In this document: in pieces, positions 28,734-39,134 of the stretch
Layout: the number at the start of each line of letters is the position of its first letter
Numbering within the stretch: the first letter of the stretch is position 1
Position numbers and translations under genes: made by a program
Assembly: GCA_964424305.1 (NCBI GenBank)
Contig: CAYRHW010000004.1
Span: 9,708 to 73,707 of the forward strand
Source of the DNA: an uncultured Candidatus Saccharibacteria bacterium
GTDB taxonomy: Bacteria; Patescibacteriota; Minisyncoccia; Minisyncoccales; Staskawiczbacteraceae
Length of the DNA: 64,000 nucleotides
Direction: 5' to 3'
The notes under the pieces: model-generated
Databases searched by the model: none
What the model saw: the letters and a program-made list of their open reading frames with translations, nothing else
Told to the model about the DNA's origin: nothing

Positions 28734-29819
28734 TTACTCAGGTACATTTTCATCCTCTTCGCCTCTCTTCATAATTTCTGATAGAGTTTGGATATTCTCA
28801 AGAGCGACCCCGGCTCCCCTAACAACGGCGGTTAAAGGATCTTCAACAATCCTTGTAGCAATTTTAGTTTCTCTAGAGATTAAAACATCTAACCCCTTCA
28901 ATAATGCGCCACCACCAGAAAGATAGATGCCATTGGTCATCACATCGGCTAATAATTCTGGCGGAGTTTCTTCAATGGTTGTTTTTACAGCTAAAAGGAT
29001 TTGCTTCACAGATTTTTCCAAGGCCCTCTGGATGTCGTCTGAAAAAACCACCACTTCTTCTGGAAGTCCGGTAACTATATTTCTTCCGCGCATCGGCATC
29101 TCCTTTTTTTCCTTTACTGGTAGTGCCGATCCTATGGCAATTTTTATGGCTTCGGCTGTTCTTTCGCCGATCAAAAGCTTATACTCTTTTTGTGCAAACT
29201 GAATAATATCATCATTAAGTTTGTCCCCAGCGATTCTTAGGCTTTTGAAGGTAACAATTCCGCCAAGGGAGATCACGGCCACTTCTGTTGTGCCACCACC
29301 AAGGTCAACGATAAAATTTCCGGCAGCCTCCTGAATTGGTAGATGAGCTCCAATTGCTGAAGCTAGGGGTTCTTCGATTAAAAAAACTGTTCTGGCTCCT
29401 GCGTTTTTCGCTGCGTCTCTTACGGCCTTTCTTTCAACCTCCGTAACCCCGCATGGAATACCGATAATAACTCTCGGCAAAAAAGCTAACCCAAATTTCT
29501 TTTTGCCTAGAGTCACTCCCTTCTCGATAAAATATCTTAACATCTGTTCGGTAACCTCAAAATCTGAAACAACTCCGTTAACTAATGGCCTTGTGGCAGA
29601 TATATATGACGGGGTACGCCCCACCATCTTCTTCGCCTCTTCTCCAATTGCTAAAATTTGCCCTGTTTTATTATTAATCGCCACCACCGATGGCTCGTTA
29701 ATAACAATCCCTCTGTCTTTGATATACACCAAAGAATTAGCCGTTCCCAAGTCGATGGCCATGTCTATTGATAGGAAGTCAAGAAATCTTTTAAATAAAT
29801 TCATTCCTTTGCGTTTCAT
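28734..29819 (-). CDS. mreB: rod shape-determining protein MreB (paralog 1)
   Basis: DLGTANSLVY, DLGGGTTEVAV and SGGGALL motifs. Confidence 0.9.
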   Translation of the reverse strand: MKRKGMNLFKRFLDFLSIDMAIDLGTANSLVYIKDRGIVINEPSVVAINNKTGQILAIGEEAKKMVGRTPSYISATRPLVNGVVSDFEVTEQMLRYFIEKGVTLGKKKFGLAFLPRVIIGIPCGVTEVERKAVRDAAKNAGARTVFLIEEPLASAIGAHLPIQEAAGNFIVDLGGGTTEVAVISLGGIVTFKSLRIAGDKLNDDIIQFAQKEYKLLIGERTAEAIKIAIGSALPVKEKKEMPMRGRNIVTGLPEEVVVFSDDIQRALEKSVKQILLAVKTTIEETPPELLADVMTNGIYLSGGGALLKGLDVLISRETKIATRIVEDPLTAVVRGAGVALENIQTLSEIMKRGEEDENVPE

Positions 29820-29866
29820 AAAATTTCTAATATCTAATAATTATTCTAATATATTTTAATGCAACC

Positions 29867-30994
29867 TTAAAACCCATTTTTGACAAAATCTATAAGCTTT
29901 GGGATATCAAACCTTACTGTTACAAAAAGTGACAATCCTATTAACACGAAAAAGAAAACTGAGGTGATAGAATTTTCTGTCTTTGGCGAAACTGGTTTTC
30001 CTTTTATCTTCTCTATGGCCATGAACAATAATTTTCCGCCATCTAGAGCAGGGATTGGCAAAAGATTAAAAATCGCCAATAGAACAGAAATCGCTGCGAT
30101 GAAATATAGGAAGAATCCTACGCCCATTTCAGCTGCCCTCGCGATAAAAACCATAAGGCCGACTGGACCCGATAATTCAGCTCCTTTTTGCAATCCTTTT
30201 CCCGAGAAAAGATTCGCCAATAATTGCACCAAACTAACGGTTGCTTTGTAGGTCAAATCTCCACAAAAAATTATTCCTTTATATGGCGCCATATACCACG
30301 CTGTCTTTGGGATAAGATTGGCAGTTCTCTCTAATTGTATGCCCAACGATCCCTGTCCTTCTGGAGGCGATACCCTAGGAATAACATTAATTTCAACGCT
30401 TTTCCCATTTCTTTCAATTCCCATGGTGACGGGTGCGCCATTGCTTCCAGTAATAAAATCCTGGAAACCCTTTACCTTGGTAATCTCCGTAACAGCCCGA
30501 TCTTCGTATGAAGCGCCGGTCGGAGCTAACCACTTAATAACATCCCCCTCTTGGATACCAGCTATTGCAGCGGGAGTATCTGGAAGTACTTTTGTAATTT
30601 GAATTTTAGTCGCAGCATCTGTATCTTCATCCCCAACTGGCACATCCACCCCCAAAGAAAAAACAATAGAGAATAGAATTATCGCCACCACCCAGAAGCT
30701 TATTACACCCCCCAATATGATGGCAACCCTCTTGCGCATTGATAGATTTACAAAGCTCTGATAATCTTCTATTCCCCCATCTTCCCCAGGAACTCTAACA
30801 AAAGCTCCCAAGGGAATCAAATTTATGGAATAAAGAGTTTGTCCAATCTTTTTACCGAACAGCCTTGGTGGGTACCCAATACCAAATTCGTCAACTCTGA
30901 TCCCGCACCTCTTGGCAATAATAAAATGACCGAATTCATGGGCAACCATTAGGGCGATAACACTGAATAATGCGATAACAATGACTAAAATCAT
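29867..30994 (-). CDS. rseP: RIP metalloprotease RseP (M50 site-2 protease with PDZ)
   Basis: HEFGHF zinc motif, multiple TM segments, central PDZ-like region. Confidence 0.85.
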   Translation of the reverse strand: MILVIVIALFSVIALMVAHEFGHFIIAKRCGIRVDEFGIGYPPRLFGKKIGQTLYSINLIPLGAFVRVPGEDGGIEDYQSFVNLSMRKRVAIILGGVISFWVVAIILFSIVFSLGVDVPVGDEDTDAATKIQITKVLPDTPAAIAGIQEGDVIKWLAPTGASYEDRAVTEITKVKGFQDFITGSNGAPVTMGIERNGKSVEINVIPRVSPPEGQGSLGIQLERTANLIPKTAWYMAPYKGIIFCGDLTYKATVSLVQLLANLFSGKGLQKGAELSGPVGLMVFIARAAEMGVGFFLYFIAAISVLLAIFNLLPIPALDGGKLLFMAIEKIKGKPVSPKTENSITSVFFFVLIGLSLFVTVRFDIPKLIDFVKNGF

Positions 30995-30998
30995 AATT

Positions 30999-31559
30999 TT
31001 AAATAATATCTGCCTTTTGTTTTTCTATTAATTCTTTGATTTTCTCCCCATACTGATCGACTACCTTCTGAAGTTCATCTTTGCCTCTGAATTTTTCATC
31101 TTCGGTTACTGTCTTCGCCTTAAATCCTTCTTGTAAATTCTCCCAAGCGGTTTCTCTCCAATGTCGAATAGTTTTACGTGCCTGCTCTGCCTTCTCACTT
31201 AATGCCCTAGCCATTGCCTCGCGATATTCTTCGGTCAATAAGGGCAAATTGAGCCTTATAACATCCTTATCAACAACTGCCGACATACCAAGACCAGACT
31301 GGCTGATAGCCTTTTCTATAGGTTCCATATATGATTTGTCCCAAGGTTGGATCACAATCTGATTAGACTTTGGGCAAGAGATTGCTCCCAATTGTTTAAT
31401 GGGGAAAACGGAACCGAAGCAACTAACCTCAATATCCTCTACTAAGGAAGGCGAGGCATGAGAGGTTCTTGATTTTTGAACTTCTGATTCAAAAAACTTA
31501 TAGGCCTTTTCCAACTCTGGTTTTACGTCTTCTAATATTTTTTTATATAATTGTTGCAT
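30999..31559 (-). CDS. frr: ribosome recycling factor
   Basis: Size and IRLNLPLLTEEYR-type motif. Confidence 0.85.
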   Translation of the reverse strand: MQQLYKKILEDVKPELEKAYKFFESEVQKSRTSHASPSLVEDIEVSCFGSVFPIKQLGAISCPKSNQIVIQPWDKSYMEPIEKAISQSGLGMSAVVDKDVIRLNLPLLTEEYREAMARALSEKAEQARKTIRHWRETAWENLQEGFKAKTVTEDEKFRGKDELQKVVDQYGEKIKELIEKQKADII

Positions 31560-31571
31560 AATTAATAAAAA

Positions 31572-32525
31572 TTAAACTTCTAATAATAATATTTCTAAAG
31601 ATAATTTAGGATTGGCATTGGTCGTTGCTTGCTGAAAATCAATTTTCTCAATTAGCCTTATGGTCTCTTTTATCCTAGCTATGGGCATAGCCTTAAACTT
31701 CTCAATAACTTCGGACATATATTCTTTAGCAACAAATTCTTCTAACCCCAACTTAGATAACATGACGTATCTTAAATATCTTTTTAGGACAGCCAGGATG
31801 TCGCCAAGCTTCCCATCGGGCAAATCTTTAGCATATTTAAATTTTAAAGAAAGATCTTGATCACACACTTTTAAAATATCTGTCAAAAGGCGCTGCTCCT
31901 CTTTAACTTTTCCCTCATCTAGGGAAAACTTAATCGCTCTTCCAATTTTACCCTCTGATATCATTGCTAATTCCTTTGCATTCTTTGCTGTGGAATGATT
32001 TTCTACAAGATAATTTTCTATTTCCCTATGGCCAACCGGCAAAAACTTTACTAATTGACAGCGGGATAAAATAGTAGTCATTAACATTTCTGGCCTTGCT
32101 GAGACTAATATTAAAATAGTATTTCCCCTGGGCTCTTCTAATGTTTTCAAAAAGCAACTTTGTGCCTCTTGATTCATCCTATCCGCATTATCAATGACTA
32201 CTGCCTTAAAATCTCCATAATATGGCTTCAGGCTTAAAAAATTCTGAACTGCCCTTATTTGAGCAATCTGGATTTCCGAATTACCATCCTGACTAACAAT
32301 AAGTGTATCTGGGTTATTGTCCTGGTCTACCATTCTACAACTCTGACACTGTTCCTTCTTATTTACGTTACAGGATTCCCTGCAATTAATTGCTTTAATA
32401 AATTCTTTCGCGAAACTTTTTTTACCAATTTCCTCTGGGCCAACAAATAGATAGGCATGGGATAGTTTTTTAAGACTAAATTTTCTATTTAGAAAATCCC
32501 ATTGTTTTTTGTGGCCTACTATCAT
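31572..32525 (-). CDS. holB: DNA polymerase III delta' subunit
   Basis: SHAYLFVGPEEIGK, C..C zinc module, NADRMN..AQ..FLKTLEEP. Confidence 0.8.
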   Translation of the reverse strand: MIVGHKKQWDFLNRKFSLKKLSHAYLFVGPEEIGKKSFAKEFIKAINCRESCNVNKKEQCQSCRMVDQDNNPDTLIVSQDGNSEIQIAQIRAVQNFLSLKPYYGDFKAVVIDNADRMNQEAQSCFLKTLEEPRGNTILILVSARPEMLMTTILSRCQLVKFLPVGHREIENYLVENHSTAKNAKELAMISEGKIGRAIKFSLDEGKVKEEQRLLTDILKVCDQDLSLKFKYAKDLPDGKLGDILAVLKRYLRYVMLSKLGLEEFVAKEYMSEVIEKFKAMPIARIKETIRLIEKIDFQQATTNANPKLSLEILLLEV

Positions 32526-32529
32526 AAAT

Positions 32530-33537
32530 TTATCTTTTTGACATTATAACCTTTTTATATTCCTCAAGATGCTCTAATACCAACCCCGTTCCTTTAACAA
32601 CACAGAATAACGGCTCGTCAGCGACAAAACACGGAACTCCTGTATTTTGGGCAATTAATTCATTAAACTTCGGCAATAAAGCCCCTCCCCCCGATATAAC
32701 CATACCCTTATTCATAATATCTGCGGAAAGTTCTGGTGGTGTTTCACTTAAAACCTGTTTCACTACTTGGATTATCTCTGTTAACTGATCCGATATTGCT
32801 TCGCAGACTTCATTACTAGAGATTTTAATATTCCTTGGTAATCCCAAAACTAAGTCTCTGCCTTGTATCTCTAAAAATTTCGGTTCCCGTTGTGGAATCG
32901 CCGTTCCAACTTTTGTCTTTATCTCTTCTGCTGTCTGATTCCCAATTGCTAAATTATACTTTTTCTTAATATATTCTGATATCGCTATGTCTATTTTGTC
33001 CCCAGCAACCCTAATGGAATGGGTTGTAACGATACCTCCCAAAGAAATCACTGCAACCTCTGCTGTTCCTCCTCCAATATCGATAATCATGTGTCCGGAA
33101 CAGGAATTAATCGGTATGCCGGCTCCGATGGCTGCAAGAACTGGCTCTTTCGCCACAAAGGCGTGCCTAGCACCAGCCGCCAAGGCGGCTTCTATTACTG
33201 CTCTTCTTTCAGTGCTTGTTATACAGGCTGGCACAGCTAGCACCACTTCTGGCCTTAAAAATCTCAAATATTTTGTAGTCTTTCTGATAAAGTATCTTAT
33301 CATTGCCTGAGTTACTCGATAGTCGGCGATAACACCGTCTTTTAAGGGCCTGTATACCTTTATATCGTCGGGAGTTCTCCCAATCATTTCTTTTGCTTCT
33401 TCCCCCACTGCCAGTATTTTATTGTCTGACAAAGACACAGCCACTACAGATGGCTCATTTAAAATAATTCCCTTGCCCATTACATACACAAGAGAATTAC
33501 AAGTACCAAGATCAATCGCAATTTTTGGTCTAAGCAT
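32530..33537 (-). CDS. mreB: rod shape-determining protein MreB (paralog 2)
   Basis: DLGTCNSLVY, DIGGGTAEVAV and SGGGALL motifs. Confidence 0.9.
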   Translation of the reverse strand: MLRPKIAIDLGTCNSLVYVMGKGIILNEPSVVAVSLSDNKILAVGEEAKEMIGRTPDDIKVYRPLKDGVIADYRVTQAMIRYFIRKTTKYLRFLRPEVVLAVPACITSTERRAVIEAALAAGARHAFVAKEPVLAAIGAGIPINSCSGHMIIDIGGGTAEVAVISLGGIVTTHSIRVAGDKIDIAISEYIKKKYNLAIGNQTAEEIKTKVGTAIPQREPKFLEIQGRDLVLGLPRNIKISSNEVCEAISDQLTEIIQVVKQVLSETPPELSADIMNKGMVISGGGALLPKFNELIAQNTGVPCFVADEPLFCVVKGTGLVLEHLEEYKKVIMSKR

Positions 33538-33545
33538 AATAATTT

Positions 33546-34805
33546 TTATGAAACTCTTTTGATATCTGCTCCCAGCTTCTGTAAGCGCTCTTCTATTTTT
33601 TCATATCCCCTATCAATTTGAAAAATATTTTCAATAGTTGTCTTTCCCTCGGCCATTAACCCGGCGATTATCAGACACGCCCCTGCCCTTATATCCCAAG
33701 ACTCAATGGTCAATCCCTTCAATTCCTTCGGACCGAAAACAAAAGTTCTATGTGGGTCTACTATTTCAATGTCAGCTCCCATCTTCCTCAGCTCCTGTAC
33801 ATAGTTAAACCGATTCTCATATAAAGGGTCGTGGACCAAACTCTTACCCTCTGCTTTAACCAACAGAGGGATCACTACTGGCAAAATATCTGTTGGAAAA
33901 CCGGGGTAAGGAAGTGCCTGTATTTTAGTGGCTTTTAATTTAGGGGACTTAAAAACAGTAACACAATCCTTGCCTTTTTCCAAATTCACCCCCATCTCCT
34001 CCATTTTCTTTAAAAACAAATCTAAATAATCGCAATCAACATTTTTTATCTTAACCCTATCCCCCATGGCAGCCGCTGCAATGATAAAAGTACTCGCTTC
34101 AATTGGATCGGCTATTATGGTGTGCTTAACTCCTTTAAGTTTTTTAACTCCATCTATAATTAATGTGTGCGTTCCGATCCCTTTGATTCTTGCCCCCATA
34201 TTAACCAGCATATTTCCCAAATCCTGTACATGAGGCTCGCAGGCCGCACCCTTAATGGTTGTCCTGCCCTTGGCAAGAACAGCTGCCAACATTAAAGTTT
34301 CGGTTCCCGTGACGCTAAACTCCTCTAAAACGATTTCTTTGCCTTCTAATTTTTGACACTCTACTTTATAGAAATCGTTGGATTTCCAGATTTTAGCACC
34401 CATTTGTTCTAGGGCACTTAAATGCACCGAGATTGGCCGTACCCCTATTCTATCGCCTCCTGGCGGTGGAATTCTGAAACTCTTTGCTCTCGGCAAAAGA
34501 GCGCCGAACAGCAACACCGAAATTCTAGTCTTTTGTACTTTTTCAAAATCCATGTCCTCTACCTTTAGGTTGCTTGCTATTACCTTTATTTTCCTTTCTG
34601 ATACTTTCTCAATCTCTACGCCAATGCTTTTTAAAACATCGATGATATTGAAAATATCTTCGACTAAAGGTAAGTTGTCTATAATACACTCTTCGTTTGT
34701 AAGTAAAGTAGCTGCAAGCACTGGGCCAGCAGCATTTTTACATCCCCTAACCTCTATTTCCCCTCTTAGGCAATTCTGCCCATGAATAATAAATTTATCT
34801 GACAT
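33546..34805 (-). CDS. murA: UDP-N-acetylglucosamine 1-carboxyvinyltransferase
   Basis: KNAAGPVLAATLL and GGDRIGVRPI motifs. Confidence 0.9.
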   Translation of the reverse strand: MSDKFIIHGQNCLRGEIEVRGCKNAAGPVLAATLLTNEECIIDNLPLVEDIFNIIDVLKSIGVEIEKVSERKIKVIASNLKVEDMDFEKVQKTRISVLLFGALLPRAKSFRIPPPGGDRIGVRPISVHLSALEQMGAKIWKSNDFYKVECQKLEGKEIVLEEFSVTGTETLMLAAVLAKGRTTIKGAACEPHVQDLGNMLVNMGARIKGIGTHTLIIDGVKKLKGVKHTIIADPIEASTFIIAAAAMGDRVKIKNVDCDYLDLFLKKMEEMGVNLEKGKDCVTVFKSPKLKATKIQALPYPGFPTDILPVVIPLLVKAEGKSLVHDPLYENRFNYVQELRKMGADIEIVDPHRTFVFGPKELKGLTIESWDIRAGACLIIAGLMAEGKTTIENIFQIDRGYEKIEERLQKLGADIKRVS

Positions 34806-34886
34806 AATTTATTTGAATTATTTCTATCTTAATCTGATTTCCATCATTTGGCAAGTGAGAGATTTTGGGATATCATTAAGAATAAT

Positions 34887-36026
34887 ATGAGTAAAAAAGT
34901 AAGGTTAATTATTTTTATCTCCCTTGTAATAACGTACTTTATCGTTGCCCCAATCCTCATTTATTACGCATTGGGGTACCGCTTTAATTTCGACACCCGA
35001 ACGGTTATAAGCACCGGTGGTTTTGATTTAAAAATTTGGCCACAAGAAACAAATATTTTAATTGACCAAAAAATAGTACGACGAACTAATATTTTTTCGA
35101 ATGACGAACTTATTCAAGGCCTTTTACCTAAAAAATATAACATTGCGGTAGAAAAAGAAGGATATTTTACTTGGGATAAGAATCTTAATATTGAAGCCAA
35201 TAAAGTAACGAAATTAGAGAATGTTACTTTAATAAAAGAAAGCTTAGCGTTTCAAAATGTCAAAGGAAGTTTTGATAACTTTTACATCTCACCGGATGAA
35301 AAATACATCCTTACGGCTAATGAAGCTAGTGCCACTTTTCACACAATCGATTCTTCAACTTTAGATATAGTAAACACATTCACACTTCAAAATCCTAAAG
35401 ACCTAGTGGTTTCTTGGAATACCGGATCTGAAACCGTAAAATTATACAATAAAACAACACCGGAAATTATATATTCAATAAACTACAAAAAAACAGGAAC
35501 TATTATCCCAGAAGAAACACCTGGAATTCCATCCGATGAGATTCTGAGTGTGCAGCCGGTGACCGTCAATGGCATAACTCTGGTAAAGGATGCCGACTAT
35601 ATCTCTTTGCTAAATACAAAAACTGACAAGTTTGAAAAATATTACCAAGCGAAGGATTGGAAGTTTTCGCCTGATAAATCAAAATTCCTATTCTTCAACG
35701 ATCACGAAATACTATTTGCAAAAACAAACGCTCCAACCCAAAAAATATTCTTAATAAGATTCTCTGGGATAATTGACGACTGCTTCTGGCTGAACAATGA
35801 TTATGTGATATATAATGTTGGTGGAAAACTAAAAATATCCGAAATAGACACCAGAGATAAAATTAATACAGTTGATTTGAAAGTGCAGCTTACGACAGAG
35901 AGCGATGCTGTTACAACGCTAATAAATCCCGAAATACACTTTGACACAACTAACAAAATCCTATATATTTTGAACGAAAAAAACCTTTTCGTTTCAGAAC
36001 CACTCACCGATAAGAAGAATAAATAA
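34887..36026 (+). CDS. membrane-anchored hypothetical protein with PEGA-like beta domain
   Basis: The ATG at 34887 (MSKKVRLIIF...) lies inside the listed TTG-start ORF. Has a TM anchor and a YNIAVEKEGYFTWDKNLNI segment. Confidence 0.5.
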   Translation: MSKKVRLIIFISLVITYFIVAPILIYYALGYRFNFDTRTVISTGGFDLKIWPQETNILIDQKIVRRTNIFSNDELIQGLLPKKYNIAVEKEGYFTWDKNLNIEANKVTKLENVTLIKESLAFQNVKGSFDNFYISPDEKYILTANEASATFHTIDSSTLDIVNTFTLQNPKDLVVSWNTGSETVKLYNKTTPEIIYSINYKKTGTIIPEETPGIPSDEILSVQPVTVNGITLVKDADYISLLNTKTDKFEKYYQAKDWKFSPDKSKFLFFNDHEILFAKTNAPTQKIFLIRFSGIIDDCFWLNNDYVIYNVGGKLKISEIDTRDKINTVDLKVQLTTESDAVTTLINPEIHFDTTNKILYILNEKNLFVSEPLTDKKNK

Positions 36027-36034
36027 TACTGAAT

Positions 36035-36062
36035 CAAAAACCACCGAGAGCGGTGGTTTTTG
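36035..36062. terminator. bidirectional intrinsic terminator
   Basis: AACCACCGagagCGGTGGTT flanked by A- and T-tracts. Confidence 0.7.
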
Positions 36063-36063
36063 A

Positions 36064-36759
36064 TTATTCCTCTGTTGGTGGCTGGATCTTGTCTTTTAAC
36101 TGTTGCCAAGTCATTTGCTCATCTTTGGTCAACTTACAAACCACCTTATACTGACAATAATTACATTGCGAAACCGAGGGGTGCCCCTCTATTCTCTCGG
36201 GAATGATATTAGATTCAATCTGCTTCTTCAATACATTAAGATCTGCTATTAATGATTCTGCTACTTTTGGATTATACATCACTAAAAATTCTTTTAATTC
36301 CAACCGATCCTTATCTACATATAGGAGAAGACCCTTGGGAATTTTTAAATAGTGTAGATAAAGTTGAAGCTGCAGAATGTTTTCGTCTTTTGGTTTCTGC
36401 AGGGTCCTAAAAATTATACTATTCATGCTTTTAATATCTAAAACAAACAGCTCTTTGCCATCCGACAAAACAGCATCCGCCCTACCGTGCACGATCTCCT
36501 GCGGAGGTATATCAACCTCAGAGGCAACAACATGAATGTCTCGTGTAGATAATAGTGGCTTCATTATCATTCTATGCATGTGCTCACCGTGATCGAATAA
36601 CCTTAGAAGGGCGGGCTCGAATTCTTTCCTCGGTGCATTCTTGAATTTAAAGAAAATCTGACGTGGACATCTTCCAGCCTCAGATATGTAAAAACTAGTT
36701 TGATTTTTCCTCAATTTCTCACTGTCTAGATAAAACTTGTCGATTATTTCTTTTAACAT
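36064..36759 (-). CDS. Cas4-like PD-(D/E)XK nuclease with 4-Cys cluster
   Basis: N-terminal GRCPRQ Cys, D...LDIKS (D/ExK), QLQLYLHY (QxxxY), C-terminal CNYCQYKVVC. Confidence 0.7.
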   Translation of the reverse strand: MLKEIIDKFYLDSEKLRKNQTSFYISEAGRCPRQIFFKFKNAPRKEFEPALLRLFDHGEHMHRMIMKPLLSTRDIHVVASEVDIPPQEIVHGRADAVLSDGKELFVLDIKSMNSIIFRTLQKPKDENILQLQLYLHYLKIPKGLLLYVDKDRLELKEFLVMYNPKVAESLIADLNVLKKQIESNIIPERIEGHPSVSQCNYCQYKVVCKLTKDEQMTWQQLKDKIQPPTEE

Positions 36760-36796
36760 ATTGCGTATTCTACCATAAGATTAACTTGCGACCAAG

Positions 36797-38116
36797 CTAC
36801 CACGTTAAATGTAATTCGGAAGAAGCAAGAAATTGCTTCTGTCTATTTAATATCTCCCCTCCGGAGATTTTTCTTAATTCTTCACCTGCTTTTACTGAAG
36901 ACTTTTTGAGTTCTTTATCAACAATAGATGCCTTCTCATCCACACAAAATGCCATGTCATTTATGGCTACCAGCTTCAACCCAGCTAAGGAGCTCAACCT
37001 CGATAGGGCAACGTAACCCATTCCTTCAACAAAACACTTAGATAGATCAATTTCAGCATTATCTAAATTCATGCCCTGACTTTTATGTACTGTTATCGCC
37101 CAGGCCAATCTTAGTGGTATTTGATTTATCTTAGCGATAATCTTTCCTTCTTCATCCACCGTCCAACTAGAAGATTTTGCCACAATGCTTTTCCCAGAGA
37201 TAGTTTCTACAATCGGCAAACCGTCATAATCAAAGCCAGTCACCTTCCCCTGGGTTCCATTAACATACCCCACTTCAAAATTGTTCTTTATGAACATCAC
37301 CTTGGCTCCCTCCTTAAGTATTAATCTTTCTGGGGCTAGACAACTTTTCTTTAAAGCCGCAACAACTTTTTGTTTCCCCGAAGAAGTCATGTGGAAAATG
37401 AACTCTTCACTATCAATTTTCATTAATTCTTCGCTATTAACAGAATCTACATCTATATTATGGGTATACAATTTCGTCGGTGCTGCTAAATGATCCTTGA
37501 ACTGTCCCCTATCATTCAACATTCTCTTCGACTCTCCAATGTTGCTATTTCTAATATGATTTAAAAGACTGAATAGATACTTATCCTTATGCCTATGTTG
37601 TTCTTCTAAATAGCAGATTTTCATATCCATACTCTTCCAGGAACCAGACTCAAAAACAAGCTTTGATTTTCCATCCCTGTTTATAGGAGGCAATTGGAAA
37701 AAGTCCCCGGAGCAGATGATCTGCATTCCACCAAACGGTTCAAAACTCTTTTTAAAATACTGACAAGTACGGTCTACCGCATCAAACTGGGCGGCATTAA
37801 GCATTGATATTTCATCAATGATTAGAATATTTGTATTCCTAAAATGCTTTCTTAAATATGGCTTCTTCATTAACCCCCTAATATCTTTATCGGTAAGCCT
37901 TTCTTTAATTCCTAAGCCAGACCAAGAATGGATTGTTACCCCATTCATGTGGGTCGCTGCAATTCCAGTAGAGGCAGTTACTGCTACTGGATGGTGATTC
38001 TCCTTCAAATATTCTATATACTTGTTTAATAAAAAAGTTTTACCGGATCCTGGCGGTCCGGTTAAGAATACATTGTACCCCATTTTCATTATGTCGAGCG
38101 CTTCTTCTTGGGTCAT
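36797..38116 (-). CDS. Pif1/RecD-family SF1 helicase
   Basis: Walker A GPPGSGKTF, IIDEISM (Walker B), VHKSQGM (RecD/Pif1 motif V). Confidence 0.8.
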   Translation of the reverse strand: MTQEEALDIMKMGYNVFLTGPPGSGKTFLLNKYIEYLKENHHPVAVTASTGIAATHMNGVTIHSWSGLGIKERLTDKDIRGLMKKPYLRKHFRNTNILIIDEISMLNAAQFDAVDRTCQYFKKSFEPFGGMQIICSGDFFQLPPINRDGKSKLVFESGSWKSMDMKICYLEEQHRHKDKYLFSLLNHIRNSNIGESKRMLNDRGQFKDHLAAPTKLYTHNIDVDSVNSEELMKIDSEEFIFHMTSSGKQKVVAALKKSCLAPERLILKEGAKVMFIKNNFEVGYVNGTQGKVTGFDYDGLPIVETISGKSIVAKSSSWTVDEEGKIIAKINQIPLRLAWAITVHKSQGMNLDNAEIDLSKCFVEGMGYVALSRLSSLAGLKLVAINDMAFCVDEKASIVDKELKKSSVKAGEELRKISGGEILNRQKQFLASSELHLTW

Positions 38117-38120
38117 ATTT

Positions 38121-38969
38121 CTACCAACTAACTTCGTCTACTTTTGGTCGTTTCCCCTCTACTTTATCTTTTAGCGGACAAACATTGATATAGTCGCACC
38201 ATGGGCACAACTTATTAAGTTGAGGTAAAAGCTTTTCGTCTTCCTTCGCCTTGTTAATGGCAGCAATTATTTCTTTTTCTACCTTCTCTAATTCCTTTTT
38301 CGTCCAATCTTTTGTATAAACCTTTGAATATTTTACATATATCAACCCGGATTTAATTTTTTCTACAAAAGGGAAAAGTTTGGACGCAATCACTGCGTAA
38401 ATGGGAACCTGCAAATCTTCCTGGATGATCTTCTCCATGGTGCCGTGAAACGGCAACTTCCCCGTTTTGTAATCCCAAACAGAAATTGCAGAAGTAGAAT
38501 CCTGATCTATCCTATCTATCCTACCAGCGATTCTGAATTCACCAACCTTACACTCCATCCAATCTTCCAGAGATAGGGGGACAACCGATAAATCAGCGCC
38601 TGAGATATAGTTATTTAATACAGCGATTGATTGAAGCCCAAAGGCCTTCTCCTGCTCAACGGATCCGAACAATTTTGCTCTATCTTTAGCATCCCAGCAC
38701 TCCTTACTCCAGCCACTCTTTGGAATCCTTGCCCATGACTGCCTCAATAGCTGCCCTACATCCTGATTTTTCCTCTCTTCTACCGGAACTTTGGAGATGT
38801 CGAAGAAATCTTGCAAAGCCAGATGCATTACTTTGCCAACAAAGTTTTCAGGAGTATCAACAAACTCTGCTTTAATGTCCGCATCACACTGACACTTAAA
38901 CTTAAACGGACATTGGAGGTACGTGTTTATTGAATTTGGAAATATTTTTTCTGGAAATTTATATGCCAT
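38121..38969 (-). CDS. PD-(D/E)XK nuclease (Cas4/AddB-nuclease-like) with 4-Cys cluster
   Basis: N-terminal LQCPFKFKC, RIDRIDQD...VWDYKTGK, QVPIYA, C-terminal CPWCDYINVC. Confidence 0.7.
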   Translation of the reverse strand: MAYKFPEKIFPNSINTYLQCPFKFKCQCDADIKAEFVDTPENFVGKVMHLALQDFFDISKVPVEERKNQDVGQLLRQSWARIPKSGWSKECWDAKDRAKLFGSVEQEKAFGLQSIAVLNNYISGADLSVVPLSLEDWMECKVGEFRIAGRIDRIDQDSTSAISVWDYKTGKLPFHGTMEKIIQEDLQVPIYAVIASKLFPFVEKIKSGLIYVKYSKVYTKDWTKKELEKVEKEIIAAINKAKEDEKLLPQLNKLCPWCDYINVCPLKDKVEGKRPKVDEVSW

Positions 38970-39134
38970 GGTTTAAATATATGTTTATACTACCATCTTG
39001 GTGAGCCCAGTGTAAATGAAATGACTGTGCCGGGGCCCCTGCTTGCGTTTGCTCGGAATAAAATATACCATAAAAATAGTCGAATATATCATTTTTAAAG
39101 GTCGAAACAATAGAAATATCTAACAATTTTAAAT

